From Bdellovibrionales bacterium (GTDB lineage: Bacteria > Bdellovibrionota > Bdellovibrionia > Bdellovibrionales > UBA1609), in NCBI GenBank assembly GCA_965242515.1, contig OZ251448.1, forward strand, positions 56,978 to 120,977: DNA of 64,000 nucleotides. Reading direction: 5' to 3'. This document shows, piece by piece, positions 20,101-28,930 of this stretch; position 1 is the stretch's first letter, and every line of letters begins with the position of its first letter. The notes under the pieces were generated by a model. It saw nothing but the letters and a program-made list of their open reading frames with translations, had not been told where the DNA came from and did no database searches. The position numbers and the translations under genes were made by a program.

Positions 20101-20482
20101 TTATGGGTGCATTGCTTTAAATAAGTTAGCGAATAGGGAAAATAAATCTATGGTGTGTGTTTGGGGTATGGTGAGTGAGTTTCGTGAGATTAAAACGCGC
20201 AAAGGCTTACCTATGGCTTTTGTCAGGTTAGAAGATAATACGGGGGCGGTGGAGTTAGTGATTTTTTCTGACATATATTTAAAGCATGGGCAGAGGATGC
20301 TTTTTGGGGAAAGCAAAGGGGCAGGTGGTGTAAAGGGTGAAGCAAAGGGTATGCCTATTTTAGTTAAGGGTGTTTTGCAAAAAGACAGTAGAAGTGTGCG
20401 GGTGATTATGCACACTTGGGAGTATGTAAAAACTCATTTACACAAAAAAACCATATCAAAGGGAGATACCGTCCATGTCTAG
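17156..20482 (+). CDS. dnaE: DNA polymerase III alpha subunit
   Basis: FVHLHTHTHYSLL PHP domain, GPGRGSGASSLVAY, FERFLNP, PDFDVDF, KFDFLGLKTL, YGFNKSHA, OB fold. Confidence 0.98.
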   Translation: MKNSFVHLHTHTHYSLLKSSCTVKGLVAKCVEYSQPAVAITDYGNMFGALDLYFSARSKGIKPLLGLEIYLLDGVPVRNVVGRGGSLCSSIVLLAQNVEGYRHLCRINTTAFLEGFYYVPRVSYNTLKKHNAHIIALTGGLNSDVAQTYLKKGADQALALIKRLKDIYSDRLYLQLNNNDVSEWDEVNAFLKEAHRITGVSLVAGGDVHYLNQRDHVVQDVLMCIGANRTLRDPDRLKLPSREFYFKSSQQMRELFQDTPEACDTTLEISERCHINFHLKKDGRPVYHLPRLQLAGEGAETQKLKSLSQQGLEKRLATLLVKGHELASDVRTKYQQRLAEELKIIINMGFTGYFLIVYDFVHWARERGIPVGPGRGSGASSLVAYCLQITDLDPMPHRLLFERFLNPARISLPDFDVDFCQENRNKVIEYVSQKYGKDYVAQVITYGRLQARAAVRDVGRVLGMSYPEVDQIAKLIPDRLGIKLEEAIKDSARLRALMETDPRVANLMQLACCIEGLIRHVSIHAAGVIIADHPIVNYAPLYRGAEGENVIQCDLNHAKKIGLVKFDFLGLKTLTQIHGTFDMIKYTTGKRLSAQSISLEDDGIYKVMRQGNTKGVFQFEGDGITDLIVKAKPSCFEDIVAINALFRPGPMDMIPSYLKRKKGKVRVEYLFPELEPILKETYGVIVYQEQVLLIAAKIAGYSYGEADILRRAMGEKTPSVMKKQKSRFLSGAQKNNYGLKKAEKLFNLMAEFANYGFNKSHAVAYCVLAAQTAWLKYYYPVEFFASLLTTETNNTDKLVQYVRAARGQGIKVLPPHVNYSDNFFIVKDRQIYFSLEAIKGVGKTVVEDIVAIRKSLEGKRFISVRQFFETVDLKKVNKKTIEALVKAGALDGLSMNRKEILDNYESVLSQVERQKEDQLSGQMNLFAENTAGKSPVSQKDKSFMFSPCADWLMPEKLENERSVIGFYLSGHPMDYLDSFRSYYGCIALNKLANRENKSMVCVWGMVSEFREIKTRKGLPMAFVRLEDNTGAVELVIFSDIYLKHGQRMLFGESKGAGGVKGEAKGMPILVKGVLQKDSRSVRVIMHTWEYVKTHLHKKTISKGDTVHV

Positions 20483-22358
20483 TCAGTCGTCATTCCCGCG
20501 TTCATTGTCATTCCCGCGGAGGCGGGAATCCAGAAAGCACCTTTTATATAGTAAGAAAACCAAGTCAAAAGCTTTGGACTGCGGTTTGCCACAATGCATT
20601 AGCCTTTGGCTACTGCATTGTGTTCAAATCCGAACTCGTTTTGAATTGGTTTTCTTACTATTAAAACAATTACATTTATTATTGAGTAGCATTGATTGGC
20701 ATAAGGCAGAGTATGCACAAAGTGCATCAAAAGCCACCCGCTATGCGGGCGAACTCGTTTTGAGCATGGTTTTTCCCTTTGTAAGTAATACTATTTTTTT
20801 GTCATTCCTGCGTTCATTGTCATTCCTGCGTTCATTGTCATTCCTGCGTTCATTGTCATTCCTGCGTTCATTGTCATTCCCGCGTTCATTGTCATTCCTG
20901 CGTTCATTGTCATTCCTGCGTTCGTTGTCATTCCCGCGGAGGCGGGAATCCAGAAAGCACCTTTTATGGCAAAAAAGTGCAAACTTATTTATTTGTACTT
21001 TATTGTGTAGTATGTGTTTTACAAGCTTTGCAAAGCAAGAAGTCACCATTGAAGTCAAGCAAGCTGTGGTATTAAACAATAAGGCGTTAGGCAATAACAC
21101 ATCAGGCAATAAAGCACTGGACAATAACACATCGAAGATGGCAAATGCCGAGGCAAGCAATATTATTCCACCAAAGCCCAACATGGGTCAAGCAGTCAAA
21201 CAAGCCATTCAAACTCTTTCTATGGAGCTTATGGAAAAGCTTATTGAGCCAACAAAATTAGTGGCACAAAAAAAACAAATACAACAAATAATATCAACAC
21301 GATACAACCGCTACATTCTTTACACAAAAGTGGCGAGTCCTGCCAAGTTGGAAACCACATTGCCTGATGAGCAAAATTGTATAAAAAATAACTCATCATC
21401 TACACAATGTGTTGCATCTACCAACCAGAAAACCAATCAGCAAAACGATACGCATTTTGTTATCCCTATTACAATCGGCTTTTCTGAAGAAAATCTAAAG
21501 AAAATTTTATTATCTGAGGATCTTTTTTATTCTGGGGAGTTTAATCAACGGATTTTGCCTTTAGTATTTTTTAAAGATCAAGTTCAGCACCATTCTTACG
21601 CATGGTGGAGCAAAAAAAGCAAAAAACGCAAAACCCCCTCCCGCCTAATTAAACAATCGATACAGCAATTTTACGATAATATCCAAAAAGAATTGTTATT
21701 TTATGGGTTTTATTTAGTTAATACAGAATTCGTAGGAGCTGTGCATTTTATTCCGCAAGAGTTACGTTTTAACAAGCGTCGGCAAAGCTCTGTGTATCAG
21801 TTAGCCAAATTTTTTAAAGCTCCATTGGTGTTGATAGGTCAGGTGAAAGTCAAAGAGTTGGATACGAACACGCTTTTAGATTTAAAAGTAGAGCTAGGGG
21901 TGTATCACGCAAAAAGTGGTCGTTTATTGGCAGAGATAGAAAGGCTTGAAAAACTTCCTATCGTACACAATCATAAACATAAATCAGCTTTATGGACACT
22001 ACCTACTTTTTTAAAAAAGAACAAGCATTTTGCTAAAGGCTTAGGCTTGCAACTACGATCTATTTATGATACAGGTCAGCTTTCTTCACAAGTGGTGAGC
22101 ATTAAAGTGCAAGGGTATTTGACTTATCAACAATTTCAAGATTTAAAAAAACAAATTGTGTTGAATGTTCGCTCTGTGCAGAAGTTACAAGAAAGCTTAA
22201 TACGCAATAAATCTATTACTTTTCAAGCTCAAACAACTAAAACATTAGAAGAGGTAGCAAAGGAAGTGAAAAAAAGTCATTTTACGGGGTTTTCCACTAC
22301 TGTGTCTAACAACAGGCGAGAAATAGTGATAAGGGCTACTCCTCGTTCAAAAATATAA
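20475..22358 (+). CDS. Hypothetical exported protein; first ~165 codons are repeat-derived and the true start is uncertain
   Basis: Long ORF; signal-peptide-like segment LFICTLLCSMCFTSFA at ~20985-21032 follows the repeat block. Confidence 0.7.
   Translation: MSSQSSFPRSLSFPRRRESRKHLLYSKKTKSKALDCGLPQCISLWLLHCVQIRTRFELVFLLLKQLHLLLSSIDWHKAEYAQSASKATRYAGELVLSMVFPFVSNTIFLSFLRSLSFLRSLSFLRSLSFLRSLSFPRSLSFLRSLSFLRSLSFPRRRESRKHLLWQKSANLFICTLLCSMCFTSFAKQEVTIEVKQAVVLNNKALGNNTSGNKALDNNTSKMANAEASNIIPPKPNMGQAVKQAIQTLSMELMEKLIEPTKLVAQKKQIQQIISTRYNRYILYTKVASPAKLETTLPDEQNCIKNNSSSTQCVASTNQKTNQQNDTHFVIPITIGFSEENLKKILLSEDLFYSGEFNQRILPLVFFKDQVQHHSYAWWSKKSKKRKTPSRLIKQSIQQFYDNIQKELLFYGFYLVNTEFVGAVHFIPQELRFNKRRQSSVYQLAKFFKAPLVLIGQVKVKELDTNTLLDLKVELGVYHAKSGRLLAEIERLEKLPIVHNHKHKSALWTLPTFLKKNKHFAKGLGLQLRSIYDTGQLSSQVVSIKVQGYLTYQQFQDLKKQIVLNVRSVQKLQESLIRNKSITFQAQTTKTLEEVAKEVKKSHFTGFSTTVSNNRREIVIRATPRSKI
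20489..20966 (+). repeat. Chimeric A-B-C-B(half)-A repeat block
   Basis: A 20489-20531, B copy 4 20548-20661, C ~20690-20749 fused to B right half ending ~20777, seven A half-sites from 20801 plus full palindrome 20927-20951. Confidence 0.92.
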
Positions 22359-22367
22359 TGTAAAAAT

Positions 22368-23006
22368 ATGTTATGGGAAAAAGCTGTGATGGAAGTAGTG
22401 TGGAAACAAAAAATTAGTTACCAGCAAAGCTTAGATGTGCAAGAAAGTTTAAAACATCAGGTAAAAGGGTGTAAAAAGGCATTTTTATTTGGGTTTGAGT
22501 GCCTGCCATGTGTAACCTTAGGCTTAAGAGGGAGTAAGGATGTGGATTTAAATTGTTCGGATGAGGAGTGCAATAGGCAGGGGGTGGATGTTGTAAGTGT
22601 CAAGCGAGGAGGGCAGGCGACTTTGCACTCGCCTGGGCAGTTAGTGATGTACCCTATTATAGATTTGCGACAGTGGAAGCTAAGACCTAGAGATTTTTTA
22701 TCTTTTTTAGAACACATTACAATAGATGTGTTAAACGGTTATGGTGTACAAGTGAGAAAAAAAGAAAAATCAGCAGGGTTATTTACTGACATAGGTAAGA
22801 TTGTTTTTTTCGGAGTGCATATTTCTGAAGGGGTTAGTCAGCATGGTTTAGCTATTAATGTTGCCAATGATTTAAGTTTATTTCGTATTATTCGCAGTTG
22901 TGGTGTTAAGGGTCGTGTGCATGATAGTTTAAAAAACAGAGGCGTTAATGTGGCTTTGCGTGAATTATGTTTTAGCTGGCGTGATACAGCCAGCACTTAT
23001 TTTTAA
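22368..23006 (+). CDS. lipB: Lipoyl(octanoyl) transferase
   Basis: RGGQATLHSPGQLVMYPII, KIVFFG, HGLAINV, IRSCG. Confidence 0.92.
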   Translation: MLWEKAVMEVVWKQKISYQQSLDVQESLKHQVKGCKKAFLFGFECLPCVTLGLRGSKDVDLNCSDEECNRQGVDVVSVKRGGQATLHSPGQLVMYPIIDLRQWKLRPRDFLSFLEHITIDVLNGYGVQVRKKEKSAGLFTDIGKIVFFGVHISEGVSQHGLAINVANDLSLFRIIRSCGVKGRVHDSLKNRGVNVALRELCFSWRDTASTYF

Positions 23007-23432
23007 ATCATTCTTGCATCAGTTATCATTCCTGCGTTCATTGTCATTCCCGCGGAGGCGGGAATCCAGAAAGTACCTTTTATATAGTAAGAAAACCAAG
23101 TCAAAAGCTTAAAACTCCGCGGTTTGCCACAATGCATTAGCCTTTGGCTACTGCATTGTGTTCAAATCCGAACTCGTTTTGAATTGGTTTTCTTACTATT
23201 AAAACAACTACATTTATTATTGAGTAGCATTGATTGGCATAAGGCAGAGTATGCACAAAGTACATCAAAAGCAACCCCCTTTGGGGGCATCAAAAGTAGC
23301 CTGCTATGCGGGTGATGGAGTATTGGTACAGATAAAATTGTGAGTGTCATTGATTGGCATAAGGCAGAGTATGCACAAAGTACATCAAAAGCAACCCCCT
23401 TTGGGGGCATCAAAAGTAACCTACTTTTTGGG
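23007..23432 (+). repeat. Chimeric A-B-C block; near-identical direct repeat of 20489-20737, with a 120-bp tandem duplication of C
   Basis: A half-sites begin immediately after lipB stop; B copy 5 at 23084-23199; C units at ~23228 and ~23348. Confidence 0.92.
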
Positions 23433-23434
23433 GG

Positions 23435-23527
23435 TGGCGGAGAGAGAGGGATTCGAACCCTCGGTGCGAATTATCTTCGCACGGTTGTTTAGCAAACAAC
23501 TGGTTTCAGCCACTCACCCATCTCTCC
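23435..23527 (-). tRNA. tRNA-Ser(GCT), CCA encoded
   Basis: Reverse complement ggagagatgggtgagtggctgaaacc...gttgt-tt-GCT-aa-acaac, long variable arm, ggttcgaatccc, ends gcca. Confidence 0.96.
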
Positions 23528-23703
23528 TTTTTTTTAGTATCAGTGATTAAAATGTCACAATCTGGTAGAGGAATCAAATTTATATGCTTTTTCTTAAGTT
23601 CAACACCTTGTAACTTACGGTAACACTTCTTATGTTAGAGCGGAAGGGGAAGATTTTTGCGGGGTACACAGTAGCATCAGAAAAACCCCCTTTGGGGGTG
23701 GGG

Positions 23704-24603
23704 TTAAGAGAAGGTTTGAGGTTTGAAGCTAGCTTTATTTTTAATCATCACATCTCCTGTAGCTTCGATGACAAAAAAACCTTGATTTTTTGCTAAATCA
23801 TCAGCTCTTTTATGAGCTTTCATTAAGAATGCTAAAGCTCCGTATACTTTTTTACCTTTAAAATGAGGCCACAGTGTGGTGAACTGTTTTATAGTATGCG
23901 AAAACTTTTTTACATCAGAGGGCTTTAAAGTTAATTTAACTTCTACAACTACAACTTCTTTCCCATTAACTGCTACAATATCCACTTCTGATGAAGGGCT
24001 TTTTAAATTTTGTATCACTTCGTCTACTTTAATATTCCACTGGTTTAAGTGTTTAGCTAAATTACCTTTAACCAGTTGTTCGCTCAGGTCACCCCAATTG
24101 TTGCCAGCATCACCAATTGTTTTATTAAGCAGTTGTTCTGTTTTATTGAGGTTATCGCGAAGTTCTTGAACATCTTTTTTCTCCTTTTTTTCCAATTCTC
24201 GTATTTCTGCTTCAATTTTTTTGCGTTTTTCGTCCCATTTAGCCATTTTTGCTTCATGTTTCTTACGAAATTCTCGCATTTCTTCCTCATGTTTTTTACG
24301 AGCGAGTGCTGATTCTTTCTCATGTTTTTTACGAGCGAGTGCTGATTCTTCCTCATGTTTTTTACGAGCGAGTGCTGATTCTTCCTCACGTTTTTTACGA
24401 GCGAGTGCTGATTCTTCCTCATGTTTTTTACGAGCGAGTGCTGATTCTTCCTCATGTTTTTTACGAGCGAGTGCTGATTCTTCCTCATGTTTTTTACGAG
24501 CGAGTGCTGATTCTTCCTCACTTTTTTTACGAGCGAGTGCTGATTCTTTTAAAATCTGTTTAATTTCTGCAAAAGTAGGTACTGGTTCTTTATTATTAGC
24601 CAT
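23704..24603 (-). CDS. Coiled-coil protein with 8x 11-aa repeat and C-terminal PD-(D/E)XK-like domain
   Basis: (EEESALARKKH)n; EVDIVAVNGKEVVVVEVK motif; SD aggag upstream. Confidence 0.8.
   Translation of the reverse strand: MANNKEPVPTFAEIKQILKESALARKKSEEESALARKKHEEESALARKKHEEESALARKKHEEESALARKKREEESALARKKHEEESALARKKHEKESALARKKHEEEMREFRKKHEAKMAKWDEKRKKIEAEIRELEKKEKKDVQELRDNLNKTEQLLNKTIGDAGNNWGDLSEQLVKGNLAKHLNQWNIKVDEVIQNLKSPSSEVDIVAVNGKEVVVVEVKLTLKPSDVKKFSHTIKQFTTLWPHFKGKKVYGALAFLMKAHKRADDLAKNQGFFVIEATGDVMIKNKASFKPQTFS
24290..24548. repeat. 33-bp coding tandem repeat x8
   Basis: gagcgagtgctgattc recurs at 24300+33n. Confidence 0.97.
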
Positions 24604-24677
24604 TATTTAAACTCCTTTATTTAAGGTAGCACACAATGTTTCTATAATAAAGTAATTTTTTTTACTTTTTCAAGATA

Positions 24678-24892
24678 GTGGATTAAATGAAGGTAGAGTG
24701 TGCTAGCAGTAGCATCAAAAGCAACCCCCTTTGGGTGAGAGAATAGTTGGGCGATATTGGCAATCAAGTAACTGCAGGGCAATAATAATCCCCCTTTGGG
24801 GGCATCAAAAGCAACCCCCTTTGGGTGAGAGAATAGTTGGGCGACATTGGCAATCAAGTAACTGCAGGGCAATAATAATCCCCCTTTGGGGG
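24678..24892 (+). repeat. Family C repeats with 90-bp tandem duplication
   Basis: gcatcaaaagcaaccccctttggg at 24712 and 24802; upstream part matches reverse complement of ~49119-49162. Confidence 0.9.
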
Positions 24893-24939
24893 AAAATTAG
24901 CTTTATTAAAGGTTTTAAAGGGTATATGATAAGTGTATG

Positions 24940-25014
24940 GCACCCGTAGCTTAGTCTGGATAGAGTACCTGACTACGGATCAGGGGGTCGGAGGTTCGAA
25001 TCCTTCCGGGTGCG
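24940..25014 (+). tRNA. tRNA-Arg(ACG), CCA not encoded
   Basis: gcacccg acceptor stem, cctga-ct-ACG-ga-tcagg anticodon arm, ggttcgaatcc T arm. Confidence 0.96.
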
Positions 25015-25062
25015 CATTTTTTTAGTATTATTTAATGATACAAATTTGATCTATTAAAAAAC

Positions 25063-26142
25063 ATGGGTTTTAGGGTTATGTGGCATTTTGAGCGTCCTGA
25101 GTATTTATATATTTTATTACTATTGCCTATTTTTGTGTTTATTTTTATACAGAGGCAAAAAATAGGGCGAGGCATTTTATTGCGTTATATGCATAAAGCT
25201 TGTTTAAGTGTGGTAGTAGGGGCGGGTTTTGAGGTTAAGCGGGTTAGTCGGTATATATGTTTATTGTTAATGTTTTTATTTTTAGTGATTGCCCTGGCGG
25301 GTCCACAGGGTAGTCCGGTTAAAAAGAAAACAGTGGTAGAGGGTGCAGAGGTTATGATTTTAGCAGATGTATCTAAGAGTATGTTAGTGGCAGATATGGG
25401 TGGGGTTTCTCGTTTAAGTGTGATGAAGAAGGAGTTAGCAAGGTTAGTGCATAAGTTATCAGGTCAGAGGGTGGGGCTTATAGCCTTTGCGGGGTCTTCT
25501 ATTTTACTTTCTCCTTTGACATTAGATCATTCTGCTTTGCTTTTACATATAGAGACTTTGTCTCCGCGTAGTTTGTATGCACAGGGGACTGATTTTGGTT
25601 CAGCTTTGCATAAGGCTTGGCATGCGTTAAGGAGGGGAGGTGTTTCTGAAGGGTCGCAAGCTACTCGTGTAATAGTGGTTGCCTCAGATGGTGAGGATAA
25701 TGAGAGGCAGGGTAAAATGGTAGCAAAAAAGTTAGTGATGGAGGGGGTGAGGGTATTTTCCATAGGTTTCGGCACGAAAAAAGGAGCACCTATCCCTATG
25801 TATGACAAAATGGGCAATAAAATCGGCTACAAAAAAAATAGTAAAGGGCATTTAGTTATTTCACATTTTAACGAGTTGGTTTTAAAAAAAATAGCACAAA
25901 TTACAAGGGGAGCTTTTTATCATTTATCTGTGGGGGATCATTCAGTAAGCAAAATACACTCTGACATTCAAGCTTTTGGAGAAGGGAAAGTAAATTATGG
26001 TTCGCACACTGTTTATCAAAAGTGGCATACTCCTTTTGTGATATTATCTTTATTATTTGGTGCTTTGTATTTTTTAATAGGAGAGAGGGTGAAGTTAAGT
26101 AAAACATGGCAATCGTTATTTACAAACATCGTCAAAAAATGA
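25063..26142 (+). CDS. vWA domain protein, BatB-like
   Basis: DVSKSM MIDAS, RVGLIAFAG, PLTLD, SDGED, IGFGTKKGAPIP; terminal TM helices. Confidence 0.9.
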   Translation: MGFRVMWHFERPEYLYILLLLPIFVFIFIQRQKIGRGILLRYMHKACLSVVVGAGFEVKRVSRYICLLLMFLFLVIALAGPQGSPVKKKTVVEGAEVMILADVSKSMLVADMGGVSRLSVMKKELARLVHKLSGQRVGLIAFAGSSILLSPLTLDHSALLLHIETLSPRSLYAQGTDFGSALHKAWHALRRGGVSEGSQATRVIVVASDGEDNERQGKMVAKKLVMEGVRVFSIGFGTKKGAPIPMYDKMGNKIGYKKNSKGHLVISHFNELVLKKIAQITRGAFYHLSVGDHSVSKIHSDIQAFGEGKVNYGSHTVYQKWHTPFVILSLLFGALYFLIGERVKLSKTWQSLFTNIVKK

Positions 26143-26179
26143 TAAAATATCAGTTTAATTATATGGTAAAGAGTTTAAT

Positions 26180-27019
26180 ATGAAAGCAAAAAATCATTTA
26201 TTTTCTTATTTTAGTGTGAGTTTATTTATTTTGTTGTTGTTATTAGGTGGAGGGCTTATTGCGTACTTTTTATTAGATTTTAATCGTCGTAGTGTGTATT
26301 ATATGAGGTTTAAGAATTACCAAAAAGCACAGGAGTTATTATTGCAAGCCTTATCTCGCAATGCTTTTTCTTATATGCATCGTATGAATTTAGGGCTTAA
26401 TTATTTTTTACAAAAAGAGTATGAGCATTCTATTAAAGAGTATCAAACCAGCGTTCAGATGGTGGCAAAGGGTTTGCAAACAAAAAACAATAGCCAACAA
26501 AACAAAAGTCAAAAGAAAAATAATCGTCCGGGGTTAGCGAAAAAAAAACCACAGTTGTTAGTTACTGCTGACATGTCAGAAGCTATGCATAAGGCATTAT
26601 TTGCAGGGTATTTTAATTCAGCGGTAACTGCTACTTTTAAAGGTGAAATAGACCGTGCCTTAGCTTTTTATCAGCAGGCGTTGGTTTATCATCCTCATTC
26701 TAAGGAGGTCAAAACTAATATAGAGTTACTTACTCAAAAATCTTCTTCTCAAAGCAAAAAATCAGATAAAGACAAATCCCAAAAAGAGCAAAATAAAAAA
26801 GGGGGTAACAAGTCTGCTATGGGGGATGGTCAAAAACAAAACCCACAAAAGGGGGAGCAAAACTTAAGTGACGATTTAAAAAATCGTGAGAATTGGGGGT
26901 CGGGGCAAGTGGAGGCTGTGTTAAAGTCCATTCAAGAGCAAGAAAAGCGTATTAAGCAAAAGCGGGATAAAGCAAGAAGGCAAGCCCCCACCCGCACGGA
27001 CAGCGGGAAGGACTGGTAA
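26180..27019 (+). CDS. TPR protein, BatC-like
   Basis: TPR-like helices, K/Q-rich linker, C-terminal KDW typical of BatC. Confidence 0.85.
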   Translation: MKAKNHLFSYFSVSLFILLLLLGGGLIAYFLLDFNRRSVYYMRFKNYQKAQELLLQALSRNAFSYMHRMNLGLNYFLQKEYEHSIKEYQTSVQMVAKGLQTKNNSQQNKSQKKNNRPGLAKKKPQLLVTADMSEAMHKALFAGYFNSAVTATFKGEIDRALAFYQQALVYHPHSKEVKTNIELLTQKSSSQSKKSDKDKSQKEQNKKGGNKSAMGDGQKQNPQKGEQNLSDDLKNRENWGSGQVEAVLKSIQEQEKRIKQKRDKARRQAPTRTDSGKDW

Positions 27020-28914
27020 TGAGCAAGGCAGTTTTATTAAATAAGGCACTGTTTGTCATAGTGTGGGTGTTAGTAACTCATGGAGTGGTGGCAAAGGCTA
27101 TTGAGGTTAAGGCTTTTGTGGAGCCTAAGAGTGTGCATCCTCAAAATTCTATCACTTTAACGGTATTGGTTCAGCAGGAAGCCTCGGCTGATGTGGAGGT
27201 GCAAATACCAGATTTTAAGGATTTTGAGATAACAGGGCGTAGCACTTCTCAGAGTGTGAGTTTTACTTTTGGCCAAACTACGAGGGAAAAGAGGTATCAT
27301 TACACATTACAACCACGGCATGAGGGGCGTTTTACTATTGGACCTATAGAGGTAATAGTTGCAGGCAAAGTGCATACCACAAAGGCAGTGTCAGTGGAGG
27401 TATCGTCTAAAGTAGCACCTCAAGCTAAAAGAAAAAGCCTTAGCCCCTTTTTCAACATGCCTCGTCATTTTTGGAATCCTTTTTTAGATCCGGATTCAGG
27501 TTCGGATAGGGGTAATAGTTTAGAGAAGAGGGATATTTTATTTCGTTTAGAGTTAGAAAAAAATCTAGATCGTCATAGGTGGTATATAGGGGAGTTAGTG
27601 GTTGCTCATTGGGTATTATATGTAAGGGAAAATCGTTTAAATCCTATTAGTGCTGTTTTATCGGAGCCTTCGGAGGTGAGTGGTTTTTGGGTAGAGTCGT
27701 TGTTTCAGAGTACTGGGGCGTTAAAGAGTATGCGGGGTACTAAGCGTTTGCAGGGGGTAGATTATAGAAGATATTTATTAGCGAGTGTTGCTTTAGCCCC
27801 TTTGCATGCAGGGGTTTTAAAGATAGGGTCTGCACAGATGACAGTGCAATTGGTATTAGGTGGAGGGGGGTTTTTTAATCGCACAAGGAGTATTCAAAAA
27901 AAATCTCAAGAGTTAGAGGTCAAAGTGGTATCCTTACCGAAGGTGGCACAGGGTAGTATGTTCACAGGGGCTGTAGGGGATTTTTCTTTATCGGCTAATG
28001 TCAGCAGATCTGCTATGTCGGCAGGCGATTCTTTTATTTACAAGCTTGTGTTGAAGGGTCAGGGGCATCCTCGGTTTATTAATTTGCCGTCATTGGATTT
28101 TGGTTCTTCTTTAAAGATGTATGATAGAACGGAGTCTCAAAAATTTTCACTTGCTCGTAGTGTTAAGGAGTATGAGATGATTATTATCCCTCAAAAGGCA
28201 GGCAGGTTAAAGGTACCATCTTTTGAGTTAAGCACTTTTGATCCACAATTAGGTGTGTATAAGGTGCATATTGTACCTTCTTTTTTATTAGCTGTAAAAA
28301 AAGGGATACTTGCAAATAAAGGTCGTGGTAGAGATGAGCTTCATACAAATAAAACTCATAGCCAAAATGAACTCCATAGTACTCGTGAAACTCATAGTGA
28401 TATTTTATTATCACCTAGGACTTTAGACGAGGGGGAAGCTCAGTTAGGGGCTATGGTGTATCATCGTTATAGGGGGGTGTTTTGGTTTGTGGCTTTTTCT
28501 CTATTATTTTTTAGTTTTTTATGGCTTATGGGTAGAAGGTTTTTACTTATGAGGGGTAAAACGCCGTGGGTTTATACTATGCAGGATTTTCAAAAGAGCA
28601 TAGACAAGGCAAGTGATGCACAAGATTGGCAAAAAGCAGGTGCTTTGTTATTAGATTTAGTGTATGCATTTTTATCAACTATAGTGAAGCGGGATAAAGC
28701 AATTAAAAATTTAGATATTTTATTGCAAGATCTGCCTCCTAGGGTTAGGGGCAAATATGAGTTAGCTATTAGGGAGTTAAGTGCGTATTTGGATCGGCTT
28801 AGTTTTGCACCTGTTGAAACGGGGGCATCTCTTAGGAACAAAAAAAGTGTGACACAGTTAAAAAATCGCACCTATATGTTATTAAAAGAAATAACTTATT
28901 TTTGTAAAAAGTAA
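27019..28914 (+). CDS. BatD family protein
   Basis: GRFTIGPIEV, FTGAVGDF, FDP motifs; follows BatB/C. Confidence 0.88.
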   Translation: MSKAVLLNKALFVIVWVLVTHGVVAKAIEVKAFVEPKSVHPQNSITLTVLVQQEASADVEVQIPDFKDFEITGRSTSQSVSFTFGQTTREKRYHYTLQPRHEGRFTIGPIEVIVAGKVHTTKAVSVEVSSKVAPQAKRKSLSPFFNMPRHFWNPFLDPDSGSDRGNSLEKRDILFRLELEKNLDRHRWYIGELVVAHWVLYVRENRLNPISAVLSEPSEVSGFWVESLFQSTGALKSMRGTKRLQGVDYRRYLLASVALAPLHAGVLKIGSAQMTVQLVLGGGGFFNRTRSIQKKSQELEVKVVSLPKVAQGSMFTGAVGDFSLSANVSRSAMSAGDSFIYKLVLKGQGHPRFINLPSLDFGSSLKMYDRTESQKFSLARSVKEYEMIIIPQKAGRLKVPSFELSTFDPQLGVYKVHIVPSFLLAVKKGILANKGRGRDELHTNKTHSQNELHSTRETHSDILLSPRTLDEGEAQLGAMVYHRYRGVFWFVAFSLLFFSFLWLMGRRFLLMRGKTPWVYTMQDFQKSIDKASDAQDWQKAGALLLDLVYAFLSTIVKRDKAIKNLDILLQDLPPRVRGKYELAIRELSAYLDRLSFAPVETGASLRNKKSVTQLKNRTYMLLKEITYFCKK

Positions 28915-28930
28915 AAAAGGAGCAAGTTTT

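Noticed and set aside
20801-20951. 18-nt arrays as CRISPR or iterons
   Set aside because: No spacers, and no rep gene or DnaA-box cluster nearby; they are half-sites of family A
23876-24610. Overlapping ORFs in alternative frames of the 33-bp repeat
   Set aside because: Shadows of the 299-aa gene caused by a stop-free repeat unit
23228-24892. Possible CRISPR array from the recurring catcaaaagcaaccccctttggg hairpin
   Set aside because: Intervening sequences are themselves duplicated rather than unique, periods are 90-120 bp, copies are few and no cas gene is present
23435-25014. Prophage or integrative element at the tRNAs
   Set aside because: No integrase, no phage genes and no duplicated tRNA 3' end seen in the window
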